NCBI GenBank assembly: GCA_964650465.1
Contig: CAZYTA010000011.1
Span: 562-64,561, forward strand
DNA: 64,000 nt
Source of the DNA: an uncultured Oscillospiraceae bacterium
GTDB lineage: Bacteria; Bacillota; Clostridia; Oscillospirales; SIG627
Direction of reading: 5' to 3'
The notes below the pieces were generated by a model that worked only from the letters and a program-made list of their open reading frames with translations, was not told the DNA's origin and searched no databases. A program made the position numbers and the translations under genes. Each line of letters begins with the position of its first letter. Within the stretch, counting starts at the first letter, position 1. This document shows positions 1 through 9,506 of this stretch, in pieces.

Positions 1-492
1 GCAAATGCTCTTGAGCTTGTAAATGCGCTTGACGCATATACAAAATATGCGGACAGCTACTTTGGAGCAGGGGAAGCGCTTGACAGTGTAACAGCCGATA
101 CAGAGGCAATCAATGCAATAGCGTTGCCCACAAAGTCGGGTACACTTGCGGGCATTGAGCACATGTACACCTCTCTTATTCTTGAAGGCAAGACAACTAT
201 CCGCCATTACTTCAAGGTAACAAACAGCGATACGGAATATGTATTCGAGCTTGGCGGCAAGACTCTTGAAGCCATTGACCTTGGCGAGGGTATTTACTGT
301 GTTGATATAGCGGATATTGCGGCAAATGACCTTGACGAGGCTTATACATTGACTGTCAATGACACGCTCAATATCAGCTACAGTGCGCTGAACTACATAA
401 AGCAGACAGTGAATTCCGATGACACAGCAATCGCAAATCTTGTAAAGGCTCTTTACAACTATTGGTATCAAGCCGAGCAATATGTTAAATAA
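1..492 (+). CDS. 3' end of a larger ORF entering from upstream (C-terminal fragment of an uncharacterised, probably surface/secreted protein)
   Basis: Frame 1 is open from base 1 (ANALELVNALDAYTKYADSYFG...). It runs through the listed 124..492 ORF to TAA at 490-492. A long hairpin follows. No catalytic motif recognised. Confidence 0.6.
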   Translation, partial: ANALELVNALDAYTKYADSYFGAGEALDSVTADTEAINAIALPTKSGTLAGIEHMYTSLILEGKTTIRHYFKVTNSDTEYVFELGGKTLEAIDLGEGIYCVDIADIAANDLDEAYTLTVNDTLNISYSALNYIKQTVNSDDTAIANLVKALYNYWYQAEQYVK

Positions 493-513
493 AGTGGTTA
501 TCTACCTTTTATG

Positions 514-548
514 CGAGGGAGTGCTTTTTAGCAAAAAGCACTCCCTCG
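514..548 (+). terminator. Stem-loop (16-bp arms) downstream of the partial ORF
   Basis: cgagggagtgcttttt-agc-aaaaagcactccctcg is a perfect inverted repeat. The A/T tracts are part of the arms. Confidence 0.6.
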
Positions 549-582
549 AAAAGCATTTTTGAAATTTATTCACAACATGTTA

Positions 583-611
583 TTGACATTTTTTGTCTCA
601 TCTGTTATCAT
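583..611 (+). promoter_or_regulatory. Sigma-A type promoter for paralogue A
   Basis: TTGACA, a 17-nt spacer ending in TGt, then TATCAT, about 35 nt upstream of the ATG at 648. Confidence 0.5.
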
Positions 612-647
612 GAAATTACCAAATTTCCGAATAGGGAGAAATAGATT

Positions 648-2783
648 ATGAGTATTATTATTGAAAACAAAGAGCTGTGTCTCACGCTCGGCGAGGACTG
701 TATCGCAAAAAGCCTTGTATGCAAGGCTACAGGTGAGGAATGTCTCATGCAGGGCGAGAACATGGCACTGTTCTCACTGACAGAGGACAGACCCTATAAC
801 AACGAAATAAAGCTTGCTCACCCCAATAAGCGCACTACCTTTCAGGCAAACAGAGTAAGGAGAGAAGGCAACCGTCTCATAGTTGGCTTTGAGCTTGTTA
901 CTTTTGAGGCAGTGGTTGAGGTTAAAGAGGCTGATAAATACATATCCTTCGACCTCGTTGATTTCCTCATTAAGCCCGAGGACTTTGGAGGTCTTGCAAT
1001 GACTCCTCCTCCTGTAGCCGAGTTCCGTCTCATTCAGCTTCCTGTAAAGAACAGGGAAAAGTTCGGCGAATGGCTCAACGTTTCATGGGACGATAAGGCT
1101 GCTGTCAATGTTCTTGCAAACACACGTTGGCCTATAATTGATTCCGAAAGAAGAAACGGTTACAGAGTTATGTATGCCGATGCCCGCAGAGATGTGAAGC
1201 TCAAGGGCTGTTCTGCTTCTCTTATCGTAACCCCCGGCGACAAGCTGATGGATGCTATAGAACAGCTTGAAATAGACTACGACCTTCCCAACGGTGTTGA
1301 AAGCAGAAAGGGAGACAAGATAAATGCTTCGGCATATTGGGCATCAAACGTAAATCCCACCACAGTTGACGAGCATATCGCATATGCAAAGCAGGGCGGC
1401 TTCCGCATGATGCTGATGTACTATACTTCCTTCCTCAAGGAGACTATGGGATACAGCCTTTGCGGCGATTATGATTTTAACGATCATTTTCCTAACGGTT
1501 ACGAGGACCTCAAGGTAATGATCAAAAAGATCAAGGATGCGGGAATCACTCCCGGTATCCACTTCCTCCAGACTCATATAGGACACCTCAGCCGCTACGT
1601 AACACCCGTTGCTGATCACAGACTCAATCTTACTCGTTATTTCACTCTTGCAAAGGAGCTTGGAACAGACGATACAACTATATATGTAGAGCAGAATCCC
1701 GAAGGCACTACAATGCACCCCAAGACACGTGTGCTTCAGTTTAACGGTGAGCTTATCCACTATGAAAGCTATACAACAGAATGGCCTTATATGTTCACAG
1801 GATGCGAGAGAGGTCACTGGAATACCAACGTAACTCCTCATCAGCTCGGTACTATCGGTGGTATCCTCGACGTCAGCGAATTCGGTGGCTATAGTGTATA
1901 CGCAGACCAGAGAACAAGCCTTCAGGACGAGGTTGCTTGGAAACTTGCAAAGGTCTACGATTGTGGCTTTGAATTCATCTATTACGATGGTTCAGAGGGC
2001 ACAGCCGTTCCCTTTGAAATTCACGTTCCCAATGCACAGTACAAGGTATGGGAGAAGATTGCCACCAAAAAACCTATTTACTGCGAAGGTGCGGCAAAGG
2101 CTCATTTCAGCTGGCACTTCCTTGCAGGCGGTAATGCCTTCGACGTATTCCCAATGCCTATTTTCAAGAAGATGATAGCAAGATTCCCTCTTGAAGAAGC
2201 TCCCCGCATGGCAAATGACTTCACCCGTGTAAACTTCGGTTGGTGGTGCTACAAAGACGATACAATGCCCGACATCTACGAATACGGTACATCAAAGGCG
2301 GCATCTTGGGATTGCCCCGTAACACTTCAGGTTAACACTAATCTGTTTAAGACCAACCCCAGAACCCCTGATACCTTCGAGGTTATGAAGCGCTGGGAGG
2401 ATGTAAGAGCACAGAATTGGCTCACCCAGGAGCAGAAGGAAATGCTTCGTGACCCCGATAAGGAATTTATTCTCCTCGTAGATGAAAAGGGAGAATTTGA
2501 GCTTACCGAATATACAAGAATAAAGCTTCCCGAGGCAATAGATGCCGATGTGACAGCATATGTGTTTGAGAGAGCAAACGGCGCATATGTGGTTACATGG
2601 AGCACAAAGGGCGAGGCAAGCCTCAAGCTCGACCTCGCAGGCAATATCAAGTATGAGGTACAGCTCGGCGGCGAAACAGTACCCTTTGAAAACGGCATTC
2701 TTCCTCTTGCAGGCAGACGCTATCTCAGCGGTGCATCTAAGGAAGAACTTGTCAAGGCATTTGAAAACGCAACACTCGCATAA
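648..2783 (+). CDS. Uncharacterised cytoplasmic enzyme, paralogue A (probable TIM-barrel glycoside-hydrolase-like fold; family not recognised)
   Basis: 711-aa ORF with RBS gggag before the ATG and no signal peptide. Highly similar to the 4559..6694 ORF. Motifs GITPGIHFLQTHIG, GFEFIYYDGSEGT and CEGAAKAHFSWH suggest a beta/alpha-barrel hydrolase, but this is inference only. Confidence 0.8.
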   Translation: MSIIIENKELCLTLGEDCIAKSLVCKATGEECLMQGENMALFSLTEDRPYNNEIKLAHPNKRTTFQANRVRREGNRLIVGFELVTFEAVVEVKEADKYISFDLVDFLIKPEDFGGLAMTPPPVAEFRLIQLPVKNREKFGEWLNVSWDDKAAVNVLANTRWPIIDSERRNGYRVMYADARRDVKLKGCSASLIVTPGDKLMDAIEQLEIDYDLPNGVESRKGDKINASAYWASNVNPTTVDEHIAYAKQGGFRMMLMYYTSFLKETMGYSLCGDYDFNDHFPNGYEDLKVMIKKIKDAGITPGIHFLQTHIGHLSRYVTPVADHRLNLTRYFTLAKELGTDDTTIYVEQNPEGTTMHPKTRVLQFNGELIHYESYTTEWPYMFTGCERGHWNTNVTPHQLGTIGGILDVSEFGGYSVYADQRTSLQDEVAWKLAKVYDCGFEFIYYDGSEGTAVPFEIHVPNAQYKVWEKIATKKPIYCEGAAKAHFSWHFLAGGNAFDVFPMPIFKKMIARFPLEEAPRMANDFTRVNFGWWCYKDDTMPDIYEYGTSKAASWDCPVTLQVNTNLFKTNPRTPDTFEVMKRWEDVRAQNWLTQEQKEMLRDPDKEFILLVDEKGEFELTEYTRIKLPEAIDADVTAYVFERANGAYVVTWSTKGEASLKLDLAGNIKYEVQLGGETVPFENGILPLAGRRYLSGASKEELVKAFENATLA

Positions 2784-2790
2784 ATAACCG

Positions 2791-2829
2791 GGGCTGTAAA
2801 AAAACTCTGTTTGAGTTTTTTTACAGCCC
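2791..2829 (+). terminator. Long hairpin terminator, member of the GGGCTGT..AAAACTC/GAGTTTT..ACAGCCC hairpin family
   Basis: gggctgtaaaaaaactc-tgttt-gagtttttttacagccc has 17-bp arms and starts 8 nt after the stop codon. Confidence 0.7.
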
Positions 2830-2844
2830 TCGATTTATAGGGGA

Positions 2845-2925
2845 TAGGAAAAAATGCTTCAGAATGGACAAACCGAAGCCCGTCAGCATACGATTGTATG
2901 GTAGTGGCGAGGTTTGTTCATAGCC
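2845..2925 (+). repeat. Degenerate relic of the ATAGG/terminator intergenic repeat (variant core)
   Basis: gataggaaaaaatgcttcaga ... ccgaagcccgtcagcat ... ggtagtggcgaggtttgttcatagcc resembles the variant unit at 14131-14225 (taggaaattgctccgacccaagccgcatgg...gataggcgagaattgtcagcgg). Confidence 0.3.
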
Positions 2926-3069
2926 AAAAACATATATTTTTTTCGAGAAAGCTTGATTTTTAAGTTTTTACTTTGAAAATTTGGACTTTCAAACTGTTAA
3001 AGAGATCTTATTTGCCTCTTTTTTCTTGTCGTTTTTGGCGGTCTGGACTTTTTTTACATCCCTTTTGCT

Positions 3070-3813
3070 TTACAATATTCTGATTTTCCCCCAATTAGCT
3101 TGACAATTCTCTGGCATACCGTTCATCACGATACAGTGAAGCTCGTCGGTTGAGCATACCCTGAAAACCGAGCTTTTTCCAACCTTACTGTCATCACACA
3201 GAAAAACCGCTCTGTCTGTATTCTGCATTGCCGCCTGTCTTACAGCAGTCTCGGGCTCGTTGAGGTCTGTTATAATGCCGTTGCTGTCAATTGCCCGTGC
3301 AGAGAAAAACATAATATCTGTATGTATTTTTCGGCAGGTTTCCTCTGCAATGGATCCCGATGCAACATACTCGTCATATAGTCGGACATTGCCACCGGTA
3401 GCGTATATTTTTACACCGTTATTACGAAACAGAGATGCAAGTCTTAGGCTGTTAGTAAGTACAGTAATATCCTTTTTTTCTTCAATTAGCTCGGGCAAAA
3501 ACAGACAGGTAGTTGAACCGTCGATAAATACCACATCTCCGTCATTTACAAGCTCGGCGGCTTTCTTACATATTATTCTCTTTTTCTCACTGTTTTCGTG
3601 CATTCTCAGTGAATAAGGTGTAAGAGCGTTTCCTGTTTCAATTTCAGATACACCGCCGTGTGTTCTCTTTACAAGCCCGCGTGATTCCATTACAGCAAGG
3701 TCACGCCGTATACTTGACGGACTTATATGCAGTGCCTCTGCTAAAAAATTTACAGTAACATAATGGTATCTCTCGAGTATTTCAAGTATCTCATCTTTTC
3801 TTTCTGTAATCAT
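3070..3813 (-). CDS. DeoR/GlpR-family transcriptional regulator
   Basis: N-terminal HTH (ILERYHYVTVNFLAEALHISPSSIRRDLAVMESRGLVKRTHGG) plus a DeoR C-terminal sugar-phosphate sensor domain. I prefer the ATG at 3813 because it is preceded by aaggagag. The listed ORF starts 30 nt further upstream. Confidence 0.9.
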   Translation of the reverse strand: MITERKDEILEILERYHYVTVNFLAEALHISPSSIRRDLAVMESRGLVKRTHGGVSEIETGNALTPYSLRMHENSEKKRIICKKAAELVNDGDVVFIDGSTTCLFLPELIEEKKDITVLTNSLRLASLFRNNGVKIYATGGNVRLYDEYVASGSIAEETCRKIHTDIMFFSARAIDSNGIITDLNEPETAVRQAAMQNTDRAVFLCDDSKVGKSSVFRVCSTDELHCIVMNGMPENCQANWGKIRIL

Positions 3814-3936
3814 TTTCTCTCCTTGCGCACACAAAATGCTCATTTTTCAATCGTTTCGCCATATATTGCGCACTTTATTTGGCTGTGTTAATATATTATC
3901 ACATAAAAACCAATCAGTCAACTAAAGGAGTATAAT

Positions 3937-4506
3937 ATGGAAAAAATAATAAAGGATTACCAAAATAACCTTATTCAGTGCATAAGCTCTCTTGATACCG
4001 ATGCGGTGATAAAGTTTATTCACCTTCTTGAAAAAACACGTGACGAGGATAAGCAGATAATCATTATGGGCAACGGAGGAAGCGGAGCCACTGCTTCACA
4101 CTTTGCAGGCGATTTCAATAAGGGCTTAAGCCTCGGAAAGCCTCGTGAAATGAGATACCGTGTTATCAGCCTTGTAGATAACTCGCCCACAGTGTTGAGC
4201 CTTGCAAACGACCTGTCCTACGATGATATTTTTGTGGAGCAGATGAAGAATTTCCTGTGCGACGGCGACCTTGTTGTGGCAATCTCGGGAAGCGGAAATT
4301 CCGAAAATGTAATGCGTGCAGTAGACTACGCAAAGGCAAATAACGCTACTGTTGTAGGACTTACAGGCTATGACGGAGGAAAGCTGAAAAAAGCCTCGGA
4401 TGTAAGTATTCACATTCCAATTGATAACATGCAGATAACCGAGGACCTGCACATGATACTGACACATCTCATATTTTACACCCTTAATTCGGTCACCGAT
4501 AATTGA
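3937..4506 (+). CDS. SIS-domain protein (GmhA/DiaA-like sugar-phosphate isomerase or binding protein)
   Basis: MGNGGSGATASHFAGDFNKG and AISGSGNSENV motifs are typical of the SIS/GmhA family. RBS aaggag. Divergent from the DeoR gene. Confidence 0.85.
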   Translation: MEKIIKDYQNNLIQCISSLDTDAVIKFIHLLEKTRDEDKQIIIMGNGGSGATASHFAGDFNKGLSLGKPREMRYRVISLVDNSPTVLSLANDLSYDDIFVEQMKNFLCDGDLVVAISGSGNSENVMRAVDYAKANNATVVGLTGYDGGKLKKASDVSIHIPIDNMQITEDLHMILTHLIFYTLNSVTDN

Positions 4507-4558
4507 CTTTTAGCCCTTTATGTGCTATCATACCGATATCAACAATAAGGAGAAAAAC

Positions 4559-6694
4559 ATGAGCATTATCATAGAAAACAAAGAGCTGTGTCTCAACCTC
4601 GGCGAGGACTGTGTCGCAAAAAGCCTTGTATGCAAATCTACAGGTGAGGAATGTCTTGTCCAAGGCGAGAATATGCCTTTTTTCTCGCTGACAGAGGACA
4701 GACCCTATAACAACGAAATAAAGCTTGCTCACCCCAATAAGCGCACCACCTTTCAGGCAAACCGCGTGCGCCGTGAGGGCAACCGCCTTATCGTAGGCTT
4801 TGAGCTTGTTACCTTTGAGGCTGTTGTTGAGGTTAAAGAAGCGGATAAATACATATCTTTTGACCTCGTTGACTTTCTCATAAAGCCCGAGGACTTCGCA
4901 GGTCTTGCAATGACTCCTCCTCCCGTGTCCGAGTTCCGCCTCATTCAGCTTCCGGTAAAGCAGAGAGAAAAATTCGGCGAATGGCTCAATGTATCATGGG
5001 ACAGTAACACAGCCGTTTGTGTACTTGCAAATTCTCCGCTGTCGAGAATTGACTCCGAAAACAGAAAGAACTGCAGACTCATGTATGCCGATGCAATAAG
5101 AGAAATAAAGTTCAAGGGTTGCTCTGCATCGCTTATCGTTACCGACACTCAGAGCTTGATGGATGCCGTTGCCGATTTGGAAAACGATTACTGTCTCCCC
5201 AGGGGAGTGGAAAGCCGTCGCGGTGACAAAATAAATGCATCTGTATATTGGGCTGAGAATATCAATCCCTCAACTATCGACGAGCATATTCGTTTCATAA
5301 AACAAGCAGGCTTTCCGCTTATGCTTATAAGCTACCGCTCTTTCTTTATTGAGGAGGGCGGATACAAATACTGCGGTGATTACGATTTCAACAGCCATTA
5401 TCCAAACGGCGAGGCTGACCTCAGAGAAATGCTTGAAAAAATCAAGGCGGCAGGCATCACCCCGGGTATGCACATGCTTCAGACACATATCGGAACATTG
5501 AGCCGCTATGTGACACCGAGGGCTGACCACAGACTCAATCATACCCGACGTTTTACTTTAGCAAAGCCCCTTGACACAACCGATACAACAGTCTGCGTCG
5601 AGCAGAATCCCGAGGGCTCTGTAATGCATGAAAAATGCCGAATTCTCCAATTCAACGGCGAGCTTATCCGATACGAAAGCTATACAACACAGCCTCCGTA
5701 TATGTTTAAAGGCTGTGAAAGAGGATACTTCAATACCGACATCACCCCTCATCAGCTCGGTACTATAGGCGGTATTCTCGACGTCAGTGAATTTGGTGCT
5801 ACAAGTGTCTACCTCGACCAGACTACAAGCCTTCAGGACGAGGTAGCCGAAAAGCTTGCCCGTGCCTATAACTGCGGCTTTGAATTTGTATACTTCGACG
5901 GCTCCGAGGGTACTAATCCTCCCTTTGAGATATACATACCCTACGCACAGTACAGAGTTTATAAAAGGCTGAACAATAAGCCGCTGTTCTGTGAGGGTGC
6001 GGCAAAGGCGCATTTCAGCTGGCATATGCTGAGCGGAGGGAACGCCTTTGATGTATTTCCAATGCCCATCTTCAAGAGTATGATTGCAAAGTATCCCCTT
6101 GAGGAAGCACCCCGCATGGCAAATGATTTTACCCGTGTAAACTTCGGCTGGTGGCGCTATGCCGATGATACCATGCCCGATATCTATGAGTACGGCACAA
6201 GCAAGGCGGCGTCATACGATTGCCCCGTAACAGTCCGCCCTCATTCTCTTGATACCCTTAAAACCAATCCCAGAACAGCTGATACCCTTGAGGTACTGAA
6301 TCGCTGGGAACAGGTAAGAGCGCAGAAATGGCTTTCACGGGAGCAGAAGGAAATGCTGCGTGACCACGATAAGGAATTTATTCTCCTCGTAGATGAAAAG
6401 GGAGAATTTGAGCTTACCGAATATACAAGAATCAAGCTCCCCGAAGCAATAGATGCCGATGTGACAGCATATGTGCTTGAGAGAGCAAACGGTGCATATG
6501 TGGTTACATGGAGCACAAAGGGCGAAGCTGATTTGAAGCTTGACCTTAAGGGAGACCTCAAATACGAGGCACAGCTCGGCGGTGAAACAGTACCGTTTGA
6601 AAACGGTATACTTCCTCTTGCAGGCAGACGATATCTCAGCGGTGCATCAAAGGAAGCGCTTGTCAAGGCGTTTGAAAACGCAATACTTGCATAA
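4559..6694 (+). CDS. Uncharacterised cytoplasmic enzyme, paralogue B
   Basis: MSIIIENKELCL... start at 4559, preceded by aaggag. The listed ORF begins 39 nt earlier. Collinear with 648..2783 over the full length. Probably co-transcribed with the SIS gene (52-nt gap). Confidence 0.85.
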   Translation: MSIIIENKELCLNLGEDCVAKSLVCKSTGEECLVQGENMPFFSLTEDRPYNNEIKLAHPNKRTTFQANRVRREGNRLIVGFELVTFEAVVEVKEADKYISFDLVDFLIKPEDFAGLAMTPPPVSEFRLIQLPVKQREKFGEWLNVSWDSNTAVCVLANSPLSRIDSENRKNCRLMYADAIREIKFKGCSASLIVTDTQSLMDAVADLENDYCLPRGVESRRGDKINASVYWAENINPSTIDEHIRFIKQAGFPLMLISYRSFFIEEGGYKYCGDYDFNSHYPNGEADLREMLEKIKAAGITPGMHMLQTHIGTLSRYVTPRADHRLNHTRRFTLAKPLDTTDTTVCVEQNPEGSVMHEKCRILQFNGELIRYESYTTQPPYMFKGCERGYFNTDITPHQLGTIGGILDVSEFGATSVYLDQTTSLQDEVAEKLARAYNCGFEFVYFDGSEGTNPPFEIYIPYAQYRVYKRLNNKPLFCEGAAKAHFSWHMLSGGNAFDVFPMPIFKSMIAKYPLEEAPRMANDFTRVNFGWWRYADDTMPDIYEYGTSKAASYDCPVTVRPHSLDTLKTNPRTADTLEVLNRWEQVRAQKWLSREQKEMLRDHDKEFILLVDEKGEFELTEYTRIKLPEAIDADVTAYVLERANGAYVVTWSTKGEADLKLDLKGDLKYEAQLGGETVPFENGILPLAGRRYLSGASKEALVKAFENAILA

Positions 6695-6785
6695 ATATCA
6701 GGAGGCTGACAAAATCTGTCAACCTCTTGACTTTTTATGCGTCGGGACGTATAATTATGTCAAATTGCAAGAAAAGAGAACGAAA

Positions 6786-7358
6786 ATGATAAACACGCAC
6801 ATAGAACATCTTGTAAGACAGATGCCGACCCTTGAAACACATCGTCTTATATTGCGAAAGCTCAAGGTGCAGGATGCACAGGATATGTACGAATATTGTT
6901 CCGACACCGATACGCCGAAGTTCTTGACCTGGGAGCCTCACGAAAGTCTGAAATACACAAAAGAGTATATACGCTTTGTAATAAAAAAGTATAGGACGGG
7001 AGAATATCTTGACTGGGGAATTATCCTAAAATCCAGCGGAAAGCTTATAGGCACATGCGGATTTACTTCAATTGAGCCGGAGAATGCCAAGGGTGAAATA
7101 GGATATGTCTTGAACGGTGCATACCGTAATAACGGCTACGGGAGCGAAGCGGTAAACAGATTGCTTGAATATTCTTTTTACGAGCTTGAGCTTAATAGGA
7201 TAGAGGCAAGAGTGATTGAAAATAACCATCCGTCTGTTGCACTGTTGAAAAAGTGCGGATTTGAATACGAGGGAACATTTCGTCAGGAAATGTATTTGAA
7301 GGGCGAATTCAAAAATATTTTGCATTATGCTCTTTGTAAAGATAGATACGGCTTGTAA
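6786..7358 (+). CDS. GNAT-family N-acetyltransferase (RimJ/RimL-like)
   Basis: THRLILRKLKVQDAQDMYEY...GYVLNGAYRNNGYGSEAVNRLLEYSF...NRIEARVIENNHPSVALLKKCGFEYEG is a typical Acetyltransf_3 pattern. The upstream part of the listed ORF 6540.. overlaps paralogue B and is not credible. Confidence 0.85.
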   Translation: MINTHIEHLVRQMPTLETHRLILRKLKVQDAQDMYEYCSDTDTPKFLTWEPHESLKYTKEYIRFVIKKYRTGEYLDWGIILKSSGKLIGTCGFTSIEPENAKGEIGYVLNGAYRNNGYGSEAVNRLLEYSFYELELNRIEARVIENNHPSVALLKKCGFEYEGTFRQEMYLKGEFKNILHYALCKDRYGL

Positions 7359-9469
7359 TGAAGCGGTTATTTTGCGGCTTTGCAATTGTATTTGTTGTTT
7401 TATCTTTTTTGAATCTTTTATTTGGAAAGACTTTTGGCTTGATTATTCTTTCGGTTCTTGCATTTGCTTTGTTGGTGTTTGGCTTTTTAAGAATCAAGTT
7501 CAAAAACTCTGCTTTTACAAACATTATTGTTGCGACTTTATTTGCCGTATGCGCTGTTGCATCGGTTACTTTCGTTTTTCTTCCAAGGCTTGAAGAAGCA
7601 AGAAGCCTTGATTCTGCTTATGTTACTGCAGAAGGAAAAATTATATCTGAAGCACCTGCAGGAAATTACACAGCATTTACTGTAAAATGCAAAGAAATAG
7701 GCGATGTTAAAAGAACACAGAATGTCACTGTTATGATACTAAAACCAAGTGATGATGCAGAAGTAGGAAAACGCATTTCTTTTTCGGGCAGGCTTGGATT
7801 TGAGGATTCAGTGTATAATAAGGGCAGAGAATCCTTTCTGACTGTTTTTACAGGAGATTATGAAGTTCTTAAGGATACCGATATTCTTGGACAATTTGTT
7901 TACACACTCAGAACAAGGATAAAAGGCATCACCGAGCAAATGAAGCATACAGGTCTTGTAAATGCTTTGATAATCGGAGATAAAAGCGGTCTTGACAGCG
8001 AAACAAGTGAGAGTTTTAGAGCAATAGGAACATCGCATCTTCTTGCAATTTCAGGCTTGCATTTGTCAATGATTGTTATGTCATTTTATTCGTTATCCGT
8101 GCGTGTCGGTATACCGCATGTGTTTTCGTCCGTGCTGTCATCCCTTTTGTCTTTGGTCTATATGCTGATAACCGGTTGTTCTCTTTCTCTTATGAGAGCG
8201 GCTCAAATGATGTTTTTGTTCTTTTTCTCACGTACCGTCAGACGTCGGAAGGACGGAATAACATCACTGGCATTTGCAGGCGTTGTAATTGTGGCTATAA
8301 GCCCGTGGTCGTTGTTCAACGTAGGCTTTTTACTGTCATTTTTTGCTACCTTTGGTATTGTTGTATTTGCTCCGACCATCACAGGAGGTTACAGGAAATA
8401 TCTTCTTGATAAGCAGGAGAAGGGGGCGGTATATTCCCGTACACAGCTTTTGACTCAAAGAATTATTGCTTTGCTGCTGGGCTCTGTTACCACTACACTG
8501 TCGGCAACCGTGATGACTATCCCCGCCGTTTTATATTTCTTCAATGAAATTTCTGTATTCACCGTTGTGGGGAATATTTTTACAATATTCATAGCAAAGT
8601 ATTTTTTGTTAATGGCTTTTGCTTCTGTTGCCCTTCAATGTATGGGGCTTACGTTTTTTGCTTATCCGTTTACTGCGCTGTCAAATCTTTTTGGAAGTAT
8701 ACTGATTTACTTGACCCGGCTGTTAGGCGATATATCTCCTGACTTGATATCTGTAAACACGGCTTTTATATCAGTTGGTATAGTAATTGCAATTTTGCTG
8801 GTTGCCGTGTTTGTTGTATTTTCTAAAAGAATATGGGCTCTTCCTTGCCTGGTAATATCGCTTTCTGTGTTTGTTTTGGCATTCAATGTTATCAGTGCAG
8901 GTATACTGTACCCGTATGCGTTAATTGATTCGATATCAAAAAACGGTGCAAATACTACCTTGGTAAGATGGAGAAATAATACTTATTTACTGGATCAGAC
9001 TGCATCTAATTCACAGAAAATGTATTCTCTCGACGATACTGCGGAATATAACGGAGTAACAGAAATAGACTGTGCTGTGTTTGTAACGCCGTCTGAAATT
9101 CCAAAGGACAGAATAATTGCTTTTTTATCACTTTTTGATATAAGCAAATTGGTTTTGGTGACCGAAGATTTTATTTCGGATGAGATTACGGAAGTAATTA
9201 ACGAATGCAGAAAAAACGAAACGGAAGTACAGCTTGTGAATACGCAAAGCTATGCTGAGATTCCCGGAATAACCGCTTATTGTATTCGGGGACTTTGTAC
9301 TGCATTTGTTGTTGATAATAACGGCAACACCTTTTGCACATATCGCTCGTATACAGAGGATGGCTTTTACCGCGATGCGGTAGATTCGGACATACTTGTA
9401 TTTTACGGAAAAGAATGCATTCTACCAAAAGAACCTGTTCCTGAAGGAAGGTTTGTTTTACATAACTGA
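7358..9469 (+). CDS. comEC: ComEC/Rec2-family DNA internalisation channel protein (C-terminal domain lacks a recognisable metallo-beta-lactamase motif)
   Basis: Competence-domain signature ALIIGDKSGLDSETSESFRAIGTSHLLAISGLHLSMIV and a polytopic membrane core. The start ATG overlaps the GNAT stop (TAATG). Confidence 0.8.
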   Translation: MKRLFCGFAIVFVVLSFLNLLFGKTFGLIILSVLAFALLVFGFLRIKFKNSAFTNIIVATLFAVCAVASVTFVFLPRLEEARSLDSAYVTAEGKIISEAPAGNYTAFTVKCKEIGDVKRTQNVTVMILKPSDDAEVGKRISFSGRLGFEDSVYNKGRESFLTVFTGDYEVLKDTDILGQFVYTLRTRIKGITEQMKHTGLVNALIIGDKSGLDSETSESFRAIGTSHLLAISGLHLSMIVMSFYSLSVRVGIPHVFSSVLSSLLSLVYMLITGCSLSLMRAAQMMFLFFFSRTVRRRKDGITSLAFAGVVIVAISPWSLFNVGFLLSFFATFGIVVFAPTITGGYRKYLLDKQEKGAVYSRTQLLTQRIIALLLGSVTTTLSATVMTIPAVLYFFNEISVFTVVGNIFTIFIAKYFLLMAFASVALQCMGLTFFAYPFTALSNLFGSILIYLTRLLGDISPDLISVNTAFISVGIVIAILLVAVFVVFSKRIWALPCLVISLSVFVLAFNVISAGILYPYALIDSISKNGANTTLVRWRNNTYLLDQTASNSQKMYSLDDTAEYNGVTEIDCAVFVTPSEIPKDRIIAFLSLFDISKLVLVTEDFISDEITEVINECRKNETEVQLVNTQSYAEIPGITAYCIRGLCTAFVVDNNGNTFCTYRSYTEDGFYRDAVDSDILVFYGKECILPKEPVPEGRFVLHN

Positions 9470-9506
9470 AAAACCTCCGGGCATACTATGTTCGGAGGTT
9501 TTTGCC

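Noticed and set aside
842-2698. Antisense ORFs conserved between the two paralogues (842..1033 / 4753..4944 and 2327..2698 / 6241..6666)
   Set aside because: Their conservation is a by-product of the near-identical sense-strand coding sequence. They have Ser/Arg-rich low-complexity translations and no RBS.
6540-6785. N-terminal extension of the listed 272-aa ORF (6540..7358) overlapping paralogue B
   Set aside because: The extension is out of frame within the conserved 3' end of paralogue B and has no GNAT homology. The GNAT domain starts at the ATG at 6786.
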